A DNA stretch of 64,000 nt, from contig NC_090356.1 of assembly GCF_035084215.1 (NCBI RefSeq), positions 26,226,001-26,290,000 of the forward strand, in the 5' to 3' direction. The stretch is from Heptranchias perlo. Lineage: Eukaryota. Within the stretch, counting starts at the first letter, position 1, and each line of letters begins with the position of its first letter. Shown here one piece after another: positions 11,908 through 24,837 of this stretch. Below the pieces are notes generated by a model. It had not been told where the DNA came from and made no database searches. It saw only the letters and a list, made by a program, of their open reading frames with translations. The position numbers and the translations under genes were made by a program.

Positions 11908-14900
11908 GGGTACGGTAGCATGGTGGTTATGTTACAGGACTAGTAATCCAGTAGGCCTGGACTAATAATCTGGAGTCCTAAATTCAAATCCCGCCATAGC
12001 AGCTGGGGAATTTAAATTCAATTAAATAAAAATCTGGAATTAAAATACTAGTATCAGTAATGGTGGACATGAAACTACCAGATTGTTGTAAAAACCCATC
12101 TGGTTCACTAATGTCCTTTAGGGAAGGAAAGCAGCTGTCCTTACCCGGTCTGGCCTACATGTGACTCCAGACCCACAGCAATGTGGTTGATTCTTAATTG
12201 CCCTCTGAAATGGCCTAGCAAGCCACTCACTTATAAAATCTCGCTTAAAAAAAGTCACAATAAGAATAAAACCGGATCGACCACTAGGCACCGGACACGA
12301 CAAAGGCAAACCAAGCCCAGTCGACCCTGCAAAGTCATCCTCACTAACATCTGGGGACTTGTGCCAAAATTGGGAGAGCTGTCCCACAGACTAGTCAAGC
12401 AACAGCCTGACATAGCCATACTCACAGAATCATACCTTTCAGCCAACATCCCAGATTCTTCCATCGCCATCTCTGGGTATGTCCTGTCCTACTGGCAGGA
12501 CAGACCGACCAGAGGTGGTGGTACAGTGATATACAGTCAGTAGGGAGTGTCCCTGGGTGTCCTCAACATTGACTCCGGACCCCATGAAATCTCATGGCAT
12601 CAGGGCAAACATGGGCAAGGAAACCTCCTGCTGATTACCACCTACCGCCCTCCCTCCTCCATGTTGAGCACCACTTGGAGGAAGCACTGAGGGTAGCAAG
12701 GGCACAGAATGCACTCTGGGTGGGAGACTTCAATATCCATCACCAAGACTGGCTCGGTAGCACCACAGCTGGCCGAGTCCTGAAGGATACAGCTGTCAGG
12801 CTGGGCCTGCGGCAGGTGGTGAGCGAACTAACACGAGGGAAAAACTTACTTGACCTCGTCCTCACCAATCTACCTGTCGCAGACAGTATCCATGACAGTA
12901 GTGGAAGGAGTGACCAACGCACAGTCCTCGTGGAGATGAAGTCTCGTCTTTGCACTGAGGACACCATCCAACATGTTGTGTGGCACTACCACCGTGCTAA
13001 ATGGGATAGATTCAAAACAGATCGAGCAGCTCCAAACTGGGCTTCCATGAGGCGCTGTGTGCCATCAGCAGCAGCAGAATTGTATTCCAGCACAATTTGT
13101 AACCTCATGGCCTGGCATTATCCTCACTCTACCATTACCAACAAGCCAGGGGATCAACCCTGATTCAATGAGGAGTGTAGAAGAGCATGCCAGGAGCAGC
13201 ACCAGGCATACCGAAAAATGAGGTGCCAACCTGGTGAAGCTACAACTCAGGACTACATGCATGCTAAACAGCGGAAGCAACATGCTATAGACAGAGCTAA
13301 GCGATTCCACAACCAATGGATCAGATCAAAGCTCTGCAGTCCTACCACATCCAGTCGTGAATGGTGGTGGACAATTAAACAACTAACGGGAGGAGGAGGC
13401 TCTGCAAACATCCCCATCCTCAATGGTGCAAAAGACAAGGCTGAAGCGTTTGCAACCATCTTCAGCCAGAATTGCCGAGAGGACGATTCATCTCAGCGTC
13501 CTCCCGATATCCTCACCATCACAGAAGCCAGTCTTCAGCCAATTCGATTCACTCCACATGATATCAAGAAACGGCTGAGTGCACTGGATACAGCAAAGGC
13601 TATGGGCCCCGACAACATCCCAGCTGTAGTGCTGAAGACTTGTGCTCCAGAACTAGCTGCGCCTCTAGCCAAGCTGTTCCAGTACAGCTACAACACTGGC
13701 ATCTATCGGGCAATGTGGAAAATTGCCCAGGTACGTCCTGTCCACAAAAAACTGGACAAATCCAATCCGGCCAATTATCGCCCCATCAGCCTACTCTCAA
13801 TCATCAGCAAAGTGATGGAAGGTGTCGTCGATAGTGCTATCAAGTGGCACTTACTCACCAATAACCTGCTCACCGATGCTCAATTTGGGTTCCGCCAGGA
13901 CCACTCGGCTCCAGACCTCATTACATCCTTGGTCCAAACATGGACAAAAGAGCTGAATTCCAGAGGTGAGGTGAGAGTGACTGCCCTTGACATCAAGGCA
14001 GCATTTGACCGAGTGTGGCACCAAGGAGCCCTAATAAAATTGATGTCAATGGGAATCAGGGGGAAAACTCTCCAGTGGCTGGAGTCATACCTTGCACAAA
14101 GGAAGTTGGTAGTGGTTGTTGGAGGCTAATCATCTCTGCCCAAGGGAATTGCTGCAGGAGTTCCTCGGGGCAGTGTCCTAGGTACAACCATCTTCAGCTG
14201 CTTCATCAATGACCTTCCCTCCATCATAAGGTCAGAAATGGGGATGTTCGCTGATGACTGCACAGTGTTCAGTTCCATTCGCAATCCCTCAAATAATGAA
14301 GTAGTCCGAGCCCGCATGCAGCAAGACCTGGACAACATCCAGGCTTGGGCTGATAAGTGGCAAGTAACATTCGCGCCAGACAAGTGCCAGGCAATGACCA
14401 TCTCCAACAAGAGAGAGTCTAACCACCTCCCCTTGACATTCAACAGCATTGCCATCACCGAATCCCCCACCATCAACATCCTGGGGGTCACCATTGACCA
14501 GAAACTTAACTGGACCAGCCATATAAATACTGTGGCTACAAGAGCAGGTCAGAGGCTGGGTATTCTGTGGCGAGTGACTCACCTCCTGACTCCCCAGAGC
14601 CTTTCCACCATCTGCAAGGCACAAGTCAGGAGTGTGATGGAATACTCTCCACTTGCCTGGATGAGTGCAGCTCCAACAACACTCAAGAAGCTCGACACCA
14701 TCCAGGACAAAGCAGCCTGCTTGATTGGCACCCCATCCACCACCCTAAACATTCACTCCCTTCACCACCAGTGCACTGTGGCTGCAGTGTGTACCATCCA
14801 CAGGATGCACTGCAGCAAGGCTTCTTCGACAGCATCTCCCAAACCCACGACCCCTACCACCTAGAAGGACAAGAGCATCAGGTACATGGGAACAACACCA

Positions 14901-15142
14901 CCTGCACGTTCCCCTCCAAGTCAAACACCATCCTGACTTGGAAGTATATCGCCGTTCCTTCATCGTCGCTGGGTCAAAATCCTGGAACTCCCTCCCGAAC
15001 ATCACTGTGGGAGAACCTTCACCACACGGACTACAGCGGTTCAAGAAGACGGCTCACCACCACCTTCTCAAGGGCAATTAGGGATGGGCAATAAATGCCG
15101 GCCTCGCCAGTGACGCCCACATCCCATGAATGAATAAAAAAA
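11908..15142 (+). mobile_element. Near full-length ORF1-less CR1-group LINE (APE plus RT) with tRNA-like 5' head; stops and frameshifts
   Basis: APE (NIWGL..LTESYL, VGDFN, LDLVLTN, SDQ) in ORFs 12181-13163. RT (YRPISLLS, QFGFR, FADDC) in ORFs 13218-14864. 5' tagcatggtgg A-box and attcaaatcc B-box-like motifs. A-rich end at 15142. Confidence 0.9.
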
Positions 15143-15822
15143 TGATGGACTTCTAAGGCTGTTGATTGGGACACAGGTCGTCATCTTGTTGACAAGTAAT
15201 CAATACTGATGTGTTTTCAACTAATATTAATCCGGAAATGGAAAAATATTGAATCCACTAAGTAAGAGACCCCCAGAACTTCAAGGTGTCTGCTAAAAAG
15301 TATCTTTTTAATTAGAACGTCATAGTTCGAAAAGAATAATCAACGTCGAGTAAGGAGAGGAAGAAAGGGGGAAAACTGACAAGAAAAAATGCTAAATCTC
15401 TACTATTTTCACCACGTTACGCTGACAACTGTTACACTTAATTAGCATTTAGAGAACACTGAGGCACTTTAAAGTCCATACTGGCAGCTGACGGTGCTCA
15501 CTGCATGTACTCCGAATATTACCTCAATATTGTAATTCCGTAACTGTTTTATCCTGTCACCCTTAACACAAGGGTCAGAGCTATAATCGTAGCACTATCA
15601 GCCAGGGCCCCTGCTCCTGAATGCTATCCAGATAATGGGCTTTTCCACTTTTGAATGGAGGAGTCTGAGAGGTGAGGTTATAGAGGAATGTAAGATTGTA
15701 AACAATATGGAAAAGGTAAGTCCCCCAAAATTACTTCAAACTAAATTGCAAGAGTAGGACAAGGTTCAAACCTGTAAATGGTAAGTTTTGAACTGGTATC
15801 TGTGAGATCTTCTTCACTCAAA

Positions 15823-18132
15823 GGGCTCAATTTTGAAATGGTGGCAGGTTGGCAGCGGTGGTGGGGTGGTGGTGAAGGTGCGCATGGCAAACCCGAATAA
15901 AAAACACTTATCATTCTGACGCGATCGCATCAAAATTGATGGTGATTAATGTTCTCTCCGGGTTTCGTGCCTGGCACCCAGCCTGATTGACAGGGGGAGA
16001 GAAAGAGAGAGAGAGCAAGACATCAACCGTGCTGGAACGGAAGATCGGGGAGGGTGGGAAGAGGGGAAGATCGGGGGGGGGGGGGGGGGGGAGGGGAAGA
16101 TTGGGGGGAGGGGAAGATCGGGGCGAGATGGGAAGATCGGGGTAGAGTGGAAGATCGGGGAGACATATGGGGGTGAAGAAGGGGAGATCGGGGGAAAATC
16201 AGGGGGGGTGAAGAGGGGGAGATTAGAGAGGGAGACATCGGACATCGGAGCAGGTTGGAAAGCAAGGTTGATTTTGTGTTTTAACTTCGTGCAATGGTTT
16301 TTTATGTAATTTATTTTGTTTCTTTTTGCCTGATCCGGCCCTTCACGCCTGGAAACAGAAGCTGTGAGAAAGCCGCCCAGGTAAGTTAAAAATCGTTCTA
16401 ACTACCTAATATGTCACAAGTAAAGTGCTTTAAGTACCTCAATGAGGTACATTTGGTTCTTTAACTATTTTGCGGGACTTCCGGATTCGCACACACACAG
16501 GTGCATCCGTGAGGAACTCAGAAGTCTTAAGAACATAAGAAATAGGAGCAGGAGTAGGCCATCCGGCCCCTCGAGCCTGTTCCTCCATTCAACAAGATCA
16601 TGGCTGATCTTCGACCTCAACGCCATTTTCCTGCACCATCCCCATATCCCTTGATGCCTTTAGTATCTAGAAATCTATCGATCTTGGTTTTGAATGTACT
16701 CAATGACTGAGCCTCCACAGCCCTCTGGGGTAAAGAATTCCAAAGTTCCACCACCCTTTGAGTGAAGAAATTTCTCCTCTTCTCAGTCCTAAATGGCCTA
16801 CCCTTTATTCTGAGATTGTGACCCCTGGTTCTAGATTCCCCAGCCAGGGGAAACATCCTCCCTGCATCTACCCTGTCGATCCCTGTAAGAATTTTGCATG
16901 TTTCAATGAGATCACCTCTCATTCTTCTAAACTCTTAAGAATACAGGCCTAGTCTACTCAATCTCTCCTTATACGACAATCCCGCCATCCCAGGCATCAG
17001 ACTGGTGAACCTTCGTTGCACTCCCTCTATGGCAAGTATATCCTTTCTTAGGTAAGGAGACCAAAATTGTACACAATACTCCAGGTGTGGTCTCACCAAG
17101 GCCCTATATAATGGCAGGAAGATATCCTTACTCCTGTACTCAAATTCTCTTGTAATAAAGGCCAACACACCATTTGCCTTCCTTATTTCTTGCTGCACCT
17201 GCATGTTAGCTCTCAGTGACTCATGTACAAGGACTCCCAGGTCCCTTTGAACATCAACATTTCCCAATCTCTCACCATTTAAAAAATACTCTGAATTTCT
17301 GTTTTTCCTACCAAAGTGGATAACTTCACATTTTTCCACATTATATCCCATCTGCCATGTTCTTGCCCACTCACTTAGCCTGTTTCTATCCCCTTGAAAC
17401 CTCTTTGCATCCTCCTCACAACTCACATTTTCACCCAGTTTTGTGTTAGCAGCAAACTTGGAAATATTACATTTGGTTCCCTCATCCAAATCATTGATAT
17501 GGATTGTGAATAGCTGGGGCCCAAGCACCGATCCCTGCGGTACCCCACGAGTCACAGTCTGCCAACCTGAAAAAGACCCGTTTATTCCTACTCTCTGTTT
17601 TCTATCTGTTAACCAATTCTCAATCCATGCCAGTATATTACCCTCAGTTCCATGTGCTCTAACTTTGTTCACCAACCTCCTGTGTGGGACCTTATCAAAA
17701 GCCTTCTGAAAATCCAAATACACCACATCCACTGGTTCCCCCTTATCTATTCTACTAGTTACATCCTCAAAGAACTCCAATAGGTTTGTCAAACATGATT
17801 TCCCTTTCATAAATCCATGTTGACTCTGCCAAATCCTATTATTATTTTCTAAGTGTCCTGTTACCACATCCTTTATAATAGATTCTAGCATTTTCCCTAT
17901 TACTGATATCAGGCTAACAGGTCTGTAGTTCCCTGTTTTCTCTCTCCCTCCTTTCTTAAATAGTGGGGTTACATTTGCTACCCTCCAATCTGCAGGAACT
18001 GTTCCAGAATCTATAGAATTTTGGAAGTCGTCGGGTTGGAGCCGGGCTCCGCACCCGAATGGGATTTCCCCGATTTTCGGAGCCCCCCCCCCACCCCCAA
18101 AGCACCCGCAATTTCCCGGGAAAATCGAGCGC
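15823..18132. mobile_element. Non-autonomous Harbinger-like DNA element
   Basis: TIRs gggctcaatttt / aaaatcgagcgc, 3-bp TSD AAA, internal gaagatcggg repeats shared with 38640-39483. Confidence 0.65.
16527..18023 (-). mobile_element. Young 5'-truncated CR1 LINE (RT domain and tail)
   Basis: ORF 16935-18134 (NYRPVSL, SQHGF, YLDFQKAFDKVPH, GVPQGSVLGP). Candidate TSD gaagtc at 16521-16526 and 18024-18029. Same subfamily as 52510-55680. Confidence 0.92.
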
Positions 18133-19231
18133 AAAGAGTGATTAACACACAGAATAGACTCCCAAATAAGGTAATGGAGGCAGAAACCCTGCAGTAATTT
18201 AAGAATTGTATAGGTACGCTAAGATGGGCTGAATGGCCTCTCTCATCTGTAATTATCATGATCTTGTGCCTCCTGCAGCAAAGTGTACATGCAGACACCG
18301 GGTGAGGACAGGGTCGGGCTAGCGTGTAAGGCACTCCACAGTCAAATAGCTTGCCGCTAATATCTCAACTCACAAATCAACAACGGTCACTTGGATGCGA
18401 ACCAGCTGCCAGTGGAATTGGACTCCAGGAACAGTCGGAGGTTTGAGGAAAGAAAGGCAGAAAATTGGAATCCAAACATTTGGGCATAGCAGCAATCCCA
18501 TTAAGTTGCTTGGATGTATGTGTTAAGAACATGAACTGACAATTCAAAAGAAATTATTTATTATTCTGACAAGATAAGTTTTAGTGTTCAGCATTAAATA
18601 TTAACTGAATTCATCAATGTTGCTGGGAATTGAGCTGAATTTTAAAGAACGTCATACATTATAAGGTGTGAAGTGTAGTTTGCTTGTCATAGGTTACAAT
18701 GCAAGATAATCAGTGACTCCATCACTGTATCAAAGCAGTATTAAACCTTCCCTTCAATTGGACCTCCTAAAATGGAATCTGTAGATATGGACGTTGATTG
18801 TGAGATACGTTGGCTCTGTGGGGTAATTTTCTGGGCTCTGTACTACTGACAGGAGCCTCGAACGTAGGTCACACATACCGGGAATCCGTAGGCAGCGCGC
18901 ACGCGATATGTGCGGCCGAAGATCAAGGCTCCCGACTGGCAGCGGGAATTCAGAAAGTTGACCCCTAGCTCTGCTACAATGGTGTGACAAGAAAAGTGCG
19001 ATGAAGAGGGTGTTTTGTTCCACAGTACACGCTGTCACCATTATTGATAGGGTCTGCCACATTGCAACCCCAAAGGGCTACAAACTCGGATCCTGGCACC
19101 AAATTTAAAATTGCTGAATCTTGGCCACATTCTCGATTTGGTGCAATGTTCATCTGATTTATTTTAATTTCTACATTTTAGATTTTATGAAGTTACCCTC
19201 CCGGGGAAGTGCTTCCTGTAATGGGAGCAGG

Positions 19232-19829
19232 TGGCGGGTGTTCAGGCTCGGAGCGGGTGTTTGGGAGTGGAGGGGGTGTTCGGGAGTGGAGGGGGTGTTC
19301 AGGATTAGAGGGGGTGTTCAGGAGTGGAGGGGGTGTTCAGGCTCGGAGGGGGTGTTCAGGAGTGGAGGGGGTGTTCAGGATTAGAGGGGGTGTTCAGGAG
19401 TGGAGGGGGTGTTCAGGCTCGGAGGGGGTGTTCAGGAGTGGAGGGGGTGTTCAGGCTCGGAGCGGGTGTTTGGGAGTGGAGGGGGTGTTCAGGATTGGAG
19501 GGGGTGTTCAGGAGTGGAGGGGGTGTTTGGGAGTGGAGGGGGTGTTTGGGAGTGGAGGGGGTGTTCAGGAGTGGAGGGGGTGTCCAGGCTCGGAGCGGGT
19601 GTTTGGGAGTGGAGGGGGTGTTTGGGAGTGGAGGGGGTGTCCAGGCTCGGAACGGGTGTTTGGGAGTGGAGGGGGTGTTCAGGATTGGAGGGGGTGTTCA
19701 GGAGTGGAGGGGGTGTTCAGGCACGGAGGGGGTGTTTGGGAGTGGAGGGGGTGTTCAGGCACGGAGGGGGTGTTTGGGAGTGGAGGGGGTGTTCAGGCAC
19801 GGAGGGGGTGTTCAGGAGTGGAGGGGGTG
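19232..19829. repeat. G-rich minisatellite, 19-bp unit (gggggtgttcaggagtgga variants), about 31 copies
   Basis: Direct tandem periodicity of 19 nt with variants gctcgg, attaga/attgga, gcacgg and tttggg. Confidence 0.95.
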
Positions 19830-21442
19830 ATAAGTGGGTGATATGGCCATATTCGTAAAGGCAGAAAAAGACGCATCCAGGGCCTGTGCCTGAAACAGGC
19901 ATTCAGCCCTTTGGATGTGCAAATTAGGGGCTTAATGCCTGTTTAAGGACCTCTTTGCAAAACTGGTTTGTTCTGAACATAGCCGGCGCTGGTCTGGCTG
20001 CGTTAGGAAAACTTGGTCTGAGTGTGGCCTCACCAGCGGTCCTTAAAGAGACAACTGGAGACTGCCAGTAAAATGGTAAATTTGTTAAACAATACTTCAC
20101 TGAGTGTGGAGCCTGGAGGTTCAGGCCTGCTCCTCTTGGCTCCACTGCAGTGTCAAAGACTGTTGCTGGCTCCCACTTGGCCTCTTCCCTCCCGATCGCC
20201 TACACCCCTCTCCTGATCACCCCCCACCCCTGCTTTCCCTATCACCCCCCATATCCCTCCTGACAGCCCCCCTCTCTCTCTCGATTGCCTCTCCCCTCTC
20301 AGGACCTACCTGAGGGCCACTACCGGCGACACAGCGGCCTGAAAGCCGATGTTGATTTGCCAGCGAGCTGCCTGGAGACACCAAGCAGGCTCATTTAATA
20401 AGGCCGGAGGCCCAATATCGGGTGTGCCTCGGGCCTACCCGTTCCGGCCAAGGGATCGTTCCCTGCACCCAGTTTGCGACGACCTGCTGGCGTGAACCAA
20501 TTTTTAAGCCGTATACTTTCCAGGAAGGGTCACTTCCCCTCCCTAACCCAGAATGATGCAGCAAGCCAACTCCTACCTCAGCAGAGAAAAACAATCTCAA
20601 TACAAAGCAGGGAATGCCCCCAGGGACCTTCCTTGATCTACCTTTCTTTCTTTTCTTTTATTCTTTCTCTCTTTCTTTCAAATTTCCAAGCTGCTGGAGG
20701 TTTTCACCACACATGTCTGCTGATACCTTTTTACTCGTTAATTAACGGTGTGACTTTTCCAAAACGGCACCAAGAGTATTTAAATTAATCTGCGATATTG
20801 GTAAACATTCAAAAACCCAAATGATAAATTACACTTTCCTTCGCACACAGGTGGCAGAGAGCACATTGGATCAAATGAGGTTGTAAACTCTCGGTACAAT
20901 GTGTTGTTTAAGCTATTAAAAGCAGTAAATATTCATTGATATTGGTAGCATGGTCAACAGCTATGGGAGTATACTGAATGATTCTCTCTATTGAAGACTG
21001 GAATTCCATTGTGAGCCAAGTAATGGGAGTTGCCAAGATCATTATCAGCTCTGTGTAGAATTACAATTTAATTTCTCCCTGTAGGCATAGTTTTTAACCT
21101 GCTCATGGCATGTTACATGCAGTTGATTTGCTTCATCTCCCATCACTGCTGCCCTGGTCTCTCCATCTTCTTCCCCTGCCAAGAGTTTTTATGATGGCCA
21201 AATCTGCAACCAAATCCTTCCCTCTCTCTCGCTCTCTATCTGCCTGAAGAAGACAGGGCAGGTTCTCCCGTTCCTGCCCCTGGGACTATTGGATCACCAG
21301 TGAATGCGTGGAAATCGGGTGGAGAGGCACACAATCCAAGAGGGAGCCCATCCAAAGGTCCTCCCCCCATTTAAATTAATGGGTGGAAAATCGGGCGGGC
21401 TCCATTAAAGCTGTGTTGCTCCCCCACTACAACAGTGACCAT

Positions 21443-22046
21443 GGGGTCGATTTTAACCCCAGTTCGCTCAGCGTGGCGGGGGGTGAAGATCAGGCCAAGT
21501 CCACTTACCAGTCCGAGCCAGTTCTGTTCCCGCCCGGCGACAACTTACCTTCACCGACTTTGAAGTCGGCCGAGGCTCTTGCTGCAGGCGGCAGGCGGGG
21601 GCCTAATTTAAACCTTAAAGTCGCGGGCCAATGATGTCATCGGCGCCACGACGGCATTTTAACTTCCGCACGTGGAAGACCTGCACAAGGCCGACCACCG
21701 ATATCTGAACCATGGCGGAAGTCTACCAAGTGGCCAAGAAGAGACCAAGGTAACTTTCACACGGAATCCTTCTGGGCCGGGAGGAGCAGGAGTGCTCCGC
21801 CGGGCCCTGTGAGGATACCTTGGGCGTCCCCGGCAACGGCCTGATCCTCCGCCACTTTCTGCTCTTGCCCACTGGTGTTGACGTCATTCCCGATGATTTC
21901 AGGCAGCAATCAGTTTCGGGGTAATTCCAAATGAGGCCCGAGAGTTAAAATCTTCCGGACCTCACAATCGGGGCGGCCAGACAGTTCACGGCCCGCTTTG
22001 GCACTCGCACCTCCCGATTCACGCCCCCCAAATTAAAATTGACCCC
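21443..22046. mobile_element. Harbinger-like MITE
   Basis: 14-bp TIRs ggggtcgattttaa / ttaaaattgacccc (1 mismatch), GC/CpG-rich interior. Confidence 0.75.
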
Positions 22047-22406
22047 TATGTTTCAAGAAGTAATTCAATGACTGTGAAGTACCCTGGAACCATCCCGAGG
22101 ATGTGACAGATACTGTATATTCGTCAATTGTCTTCTTTTTCAAAACGCCAGACACTTTCACATTGAAGAGTACTGTGCAGTGCAAAGGCCCTTAAATACA
22201 ACGGGCCTGGGAGAATGGCTCACACTGTGTTTACACTCCCACTTTCATTCTGAGCCAATTGCAAAATGTCTGGCATGTGAGTAGAGCCCACCGCTGGACC
22301 AGAGGCACCAAGATCCAGTGACCGGGTGGCTGCTGCTGGTCTCATGAAATCAAGCAGCTATAAAGCTTCAGTTGGCTTCGAGTTGCGGGAAACCGGAGCT
22401 GTGGAG

Positions 22407-22489
22407 TCATGGAATCATAGAAAGGTTACAGCATGGAAGGAGGCCATTTGGCCCATCGAGTCCCGCTGGCTCTATGCAAGCTCTATCCA
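22407..22489 (-). mobile_element. Very short CR1 tail insertion
   Basis: gaatcatagaa tail repeats, flanked by direct repeat agctgtgga. Confidence 0.65.
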
Positions 22490-22565
22490 AGCTGTGGAAG
22501 GCGGTGACCATAGATCAAAATAAAAGGGCTTTTGTGAAGGAAACAAACTGGGTAGTGTAAGTGAA

Positions 22566-24060
22566 GGAACATAGGAACAGGAGTAGGCCATTCAGCCCCT
22601 CGAGCCTGCTCCGTCATTTAGTTAGATCATGGCTGATCTGCACCTCAACTCCATTTACCCACCTTTGCTTCTTATCCCTTGACACGCTAACCTAACTTTA
22701 TCTATATCAGTCTTGAAAGCTCCAATTGTCCCAGCATCCACAGCCTGTTGGGGGAGAGAATTCCAGATTTTCACTGCCCTTTGTGTGAAAAAGTGTTACC
22801 TGATTTCCTTCCTAAATGGCCTAGTTCTAATTTCAAGATTATGTCCCCTTGTTCTTGATTCCCCCACCAGAGGAAATAGTTTCTCTGTATCTACCCTAAC
22901 AAATCCTTTTAATATTTTAAATACCTCAATCAGATCACCCCTCAATCTTCTATCCTCACAGTGGTACAAGCCAGGGTTATGAGACCTGTCCTTATAATTT
23001 AACCCTCTAAGCCCGGTATCATTCTGGTGAATCTGCACTGTACCCCCTCCAAGGCCAATATAAGGCCATGGCTGATAAGTGATGCCCAGAACTGAATGCA
23101 ATACCCCAGATGGGGTCTGACCAAGGATCTTTAAAATTGAAGCATAACTTCCTCCCCTTTGTATTCCAGCCTCCTTGAGATAAAGGCCAACATTCCATTA
23201 GCCTTCTTGATTGCTTTTTGTACCTGTCCACTAGCTTTAAATGATTTATGCACTTGAATTCCCAAAAACTCTCTGCTCCTCCACAGATCCTGGTTTCTCA
23301 CTAATTAGAAAATACTCTGATTTATGTTTCTTAGATCCTCACACTTGCCCATATTAAACTCCATCTCCCATCGTTTTGCCCACTCACTTAATCTATCTAT
23401 GTCCCTTTGCAACTTTCTGCTCCAATCTGCACTACTGACTGTCCCTGCTAATTTAGTAGGATCTGCAAACCCTCTATTCCTTCACCCAAGTCATTAATAA
23501 TATGATGAAAAGTTCAGGCCCCAGAACAGATCCCTGGGGAACACCATTTGTCACATTCCACCAACCAGAGTGCTTACCTTTTATGCCCAGTCTGTCTCCT
23601 ACCTCCCAAACAATTTCCAACCCAAGTCAAAAGGCCCCCAATTCGGTGTGTTCGCTTCTTTGCCAATAATCTTTTGTGGGGAACCTGATCGAATACTTTC
23701 TGGAAGTCTATATAGATAGCATCCATAGACACTCATTTGTCTATCTTATTAGTGCTCTCCTTAAAAAATTCAACCGGATTAATCAGACGTGACACCTTTA
23801 ACAAATCCATGCTGGTTCTCTCTGATCAGTTCAAGTGCTCAGTCACTCTGTCCTTAATGACAGATTCTAGTAGCTACCTCACAACTGACGTAAATCTGAC
23901 AGGCCTGTAGTTACCTGGTTTCTCTCTCCCACCTTTCTTAAATAATGGAGTGGCATTAGCAAATTTTCAGTTTAAGGGCACACAACCCAAATAAAGAGAG
24001 CTTTGAAAGATTATAACTAACGCGTCTGCAATTTCCTCACCTACTTCTTTTAATACTCTG
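22566..24060 (-). mobile_element. Degenerate CR1 LINE (RT to tail)
   Basis: Fragments RVLKEVGEEIADALVIIFQSS and RLRGDLIEVFKI..RTRGHNL; tail at 22566. Confidence 0.85.
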
Positions 24061-24837
24061 GAAAGGAAACTAGGTAGAGTGAGTAAAACAAGTTGGGTAG
24101 TCACAAAATCATAACATTTCACAGCACAGAATTTGTCCCATGAAGTGTCTACTGGTGATTTTCCCCACATGTGTCTAGTCCCATTCTTTAGCTCACTCCC
24201 CCTACCCAGTAGTAGTAGTGGCCTATAAGGGGAATTAGGATCCAGGCCCTAATTTTCAGAAAGCGGAAGTAAGATTGAGTACCAAGAATCACGGCAATAA
24301 GAAATGGAAGAAACAGTGAGGATTAAGGGTATTGAGGGTTACAGAACCAAGTTGGATAGATGGAGTTAAGATACAGATCAGCCATGATTTAATTGAATGG
24401 CAGTACAGGCTCGAGGGGCTGAAAGGCCTTCTCCGGTTCCTATGTTCCGAGGATGAATTAAGATCCTGATAAGGACACACCTGGGCCGGAGAAAACATCT
24501 GTCTGAAGATGTATTTGCTCTAACTCTTTGTTGCTTGCTGATAAATGTTTCACTGCGTTCCCTAAGGAAAAACCCACATCAAACATGAGATTGTGATGGA
24601 AAGAGATTATTTCTCTGATATATGGGATATACCAAGACTAGGCTGAGTTCAGTTGTCAATTCCTGAAAGGGTTTTAATGCACTACTCCTCCTGCCACCCT
24701 CTCAGTCTTTAATCAATAATTCACACTTTGACTATGAGATTTTCAGTACACAACCTCTCACTCTTTGTTCATCCAGTCAGGGACCCTTTCTCACTGGTTG
24801 TCCAAAGTGCCTTGTTTGAAAAGGCAAGTTCCACATT

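Larger units (their letters stand above)
15620..18270 (+). mobile_element. Old CR1 3' fragment split by the element at 15823-18132 (pieces ~15620-15822 and 18133-18270)
   Basis: ttcttcactcaaa|gagtgattaac rejoins as FFTQRVIN across an AAA duplication. Confidence 0.65.

Noticed and set aside
19232-19829. CRISPR-like array
   Set aside because: Units are contiguous with no unique spacers, there are no cas genes, and the context is eukaryotic.
19209-19858. Gly-rich repetitive ORFs of 152-210 aa in three frames
   Set aside because: Artefact of a 19-bp minisatellite that mostly lacks stop codons.
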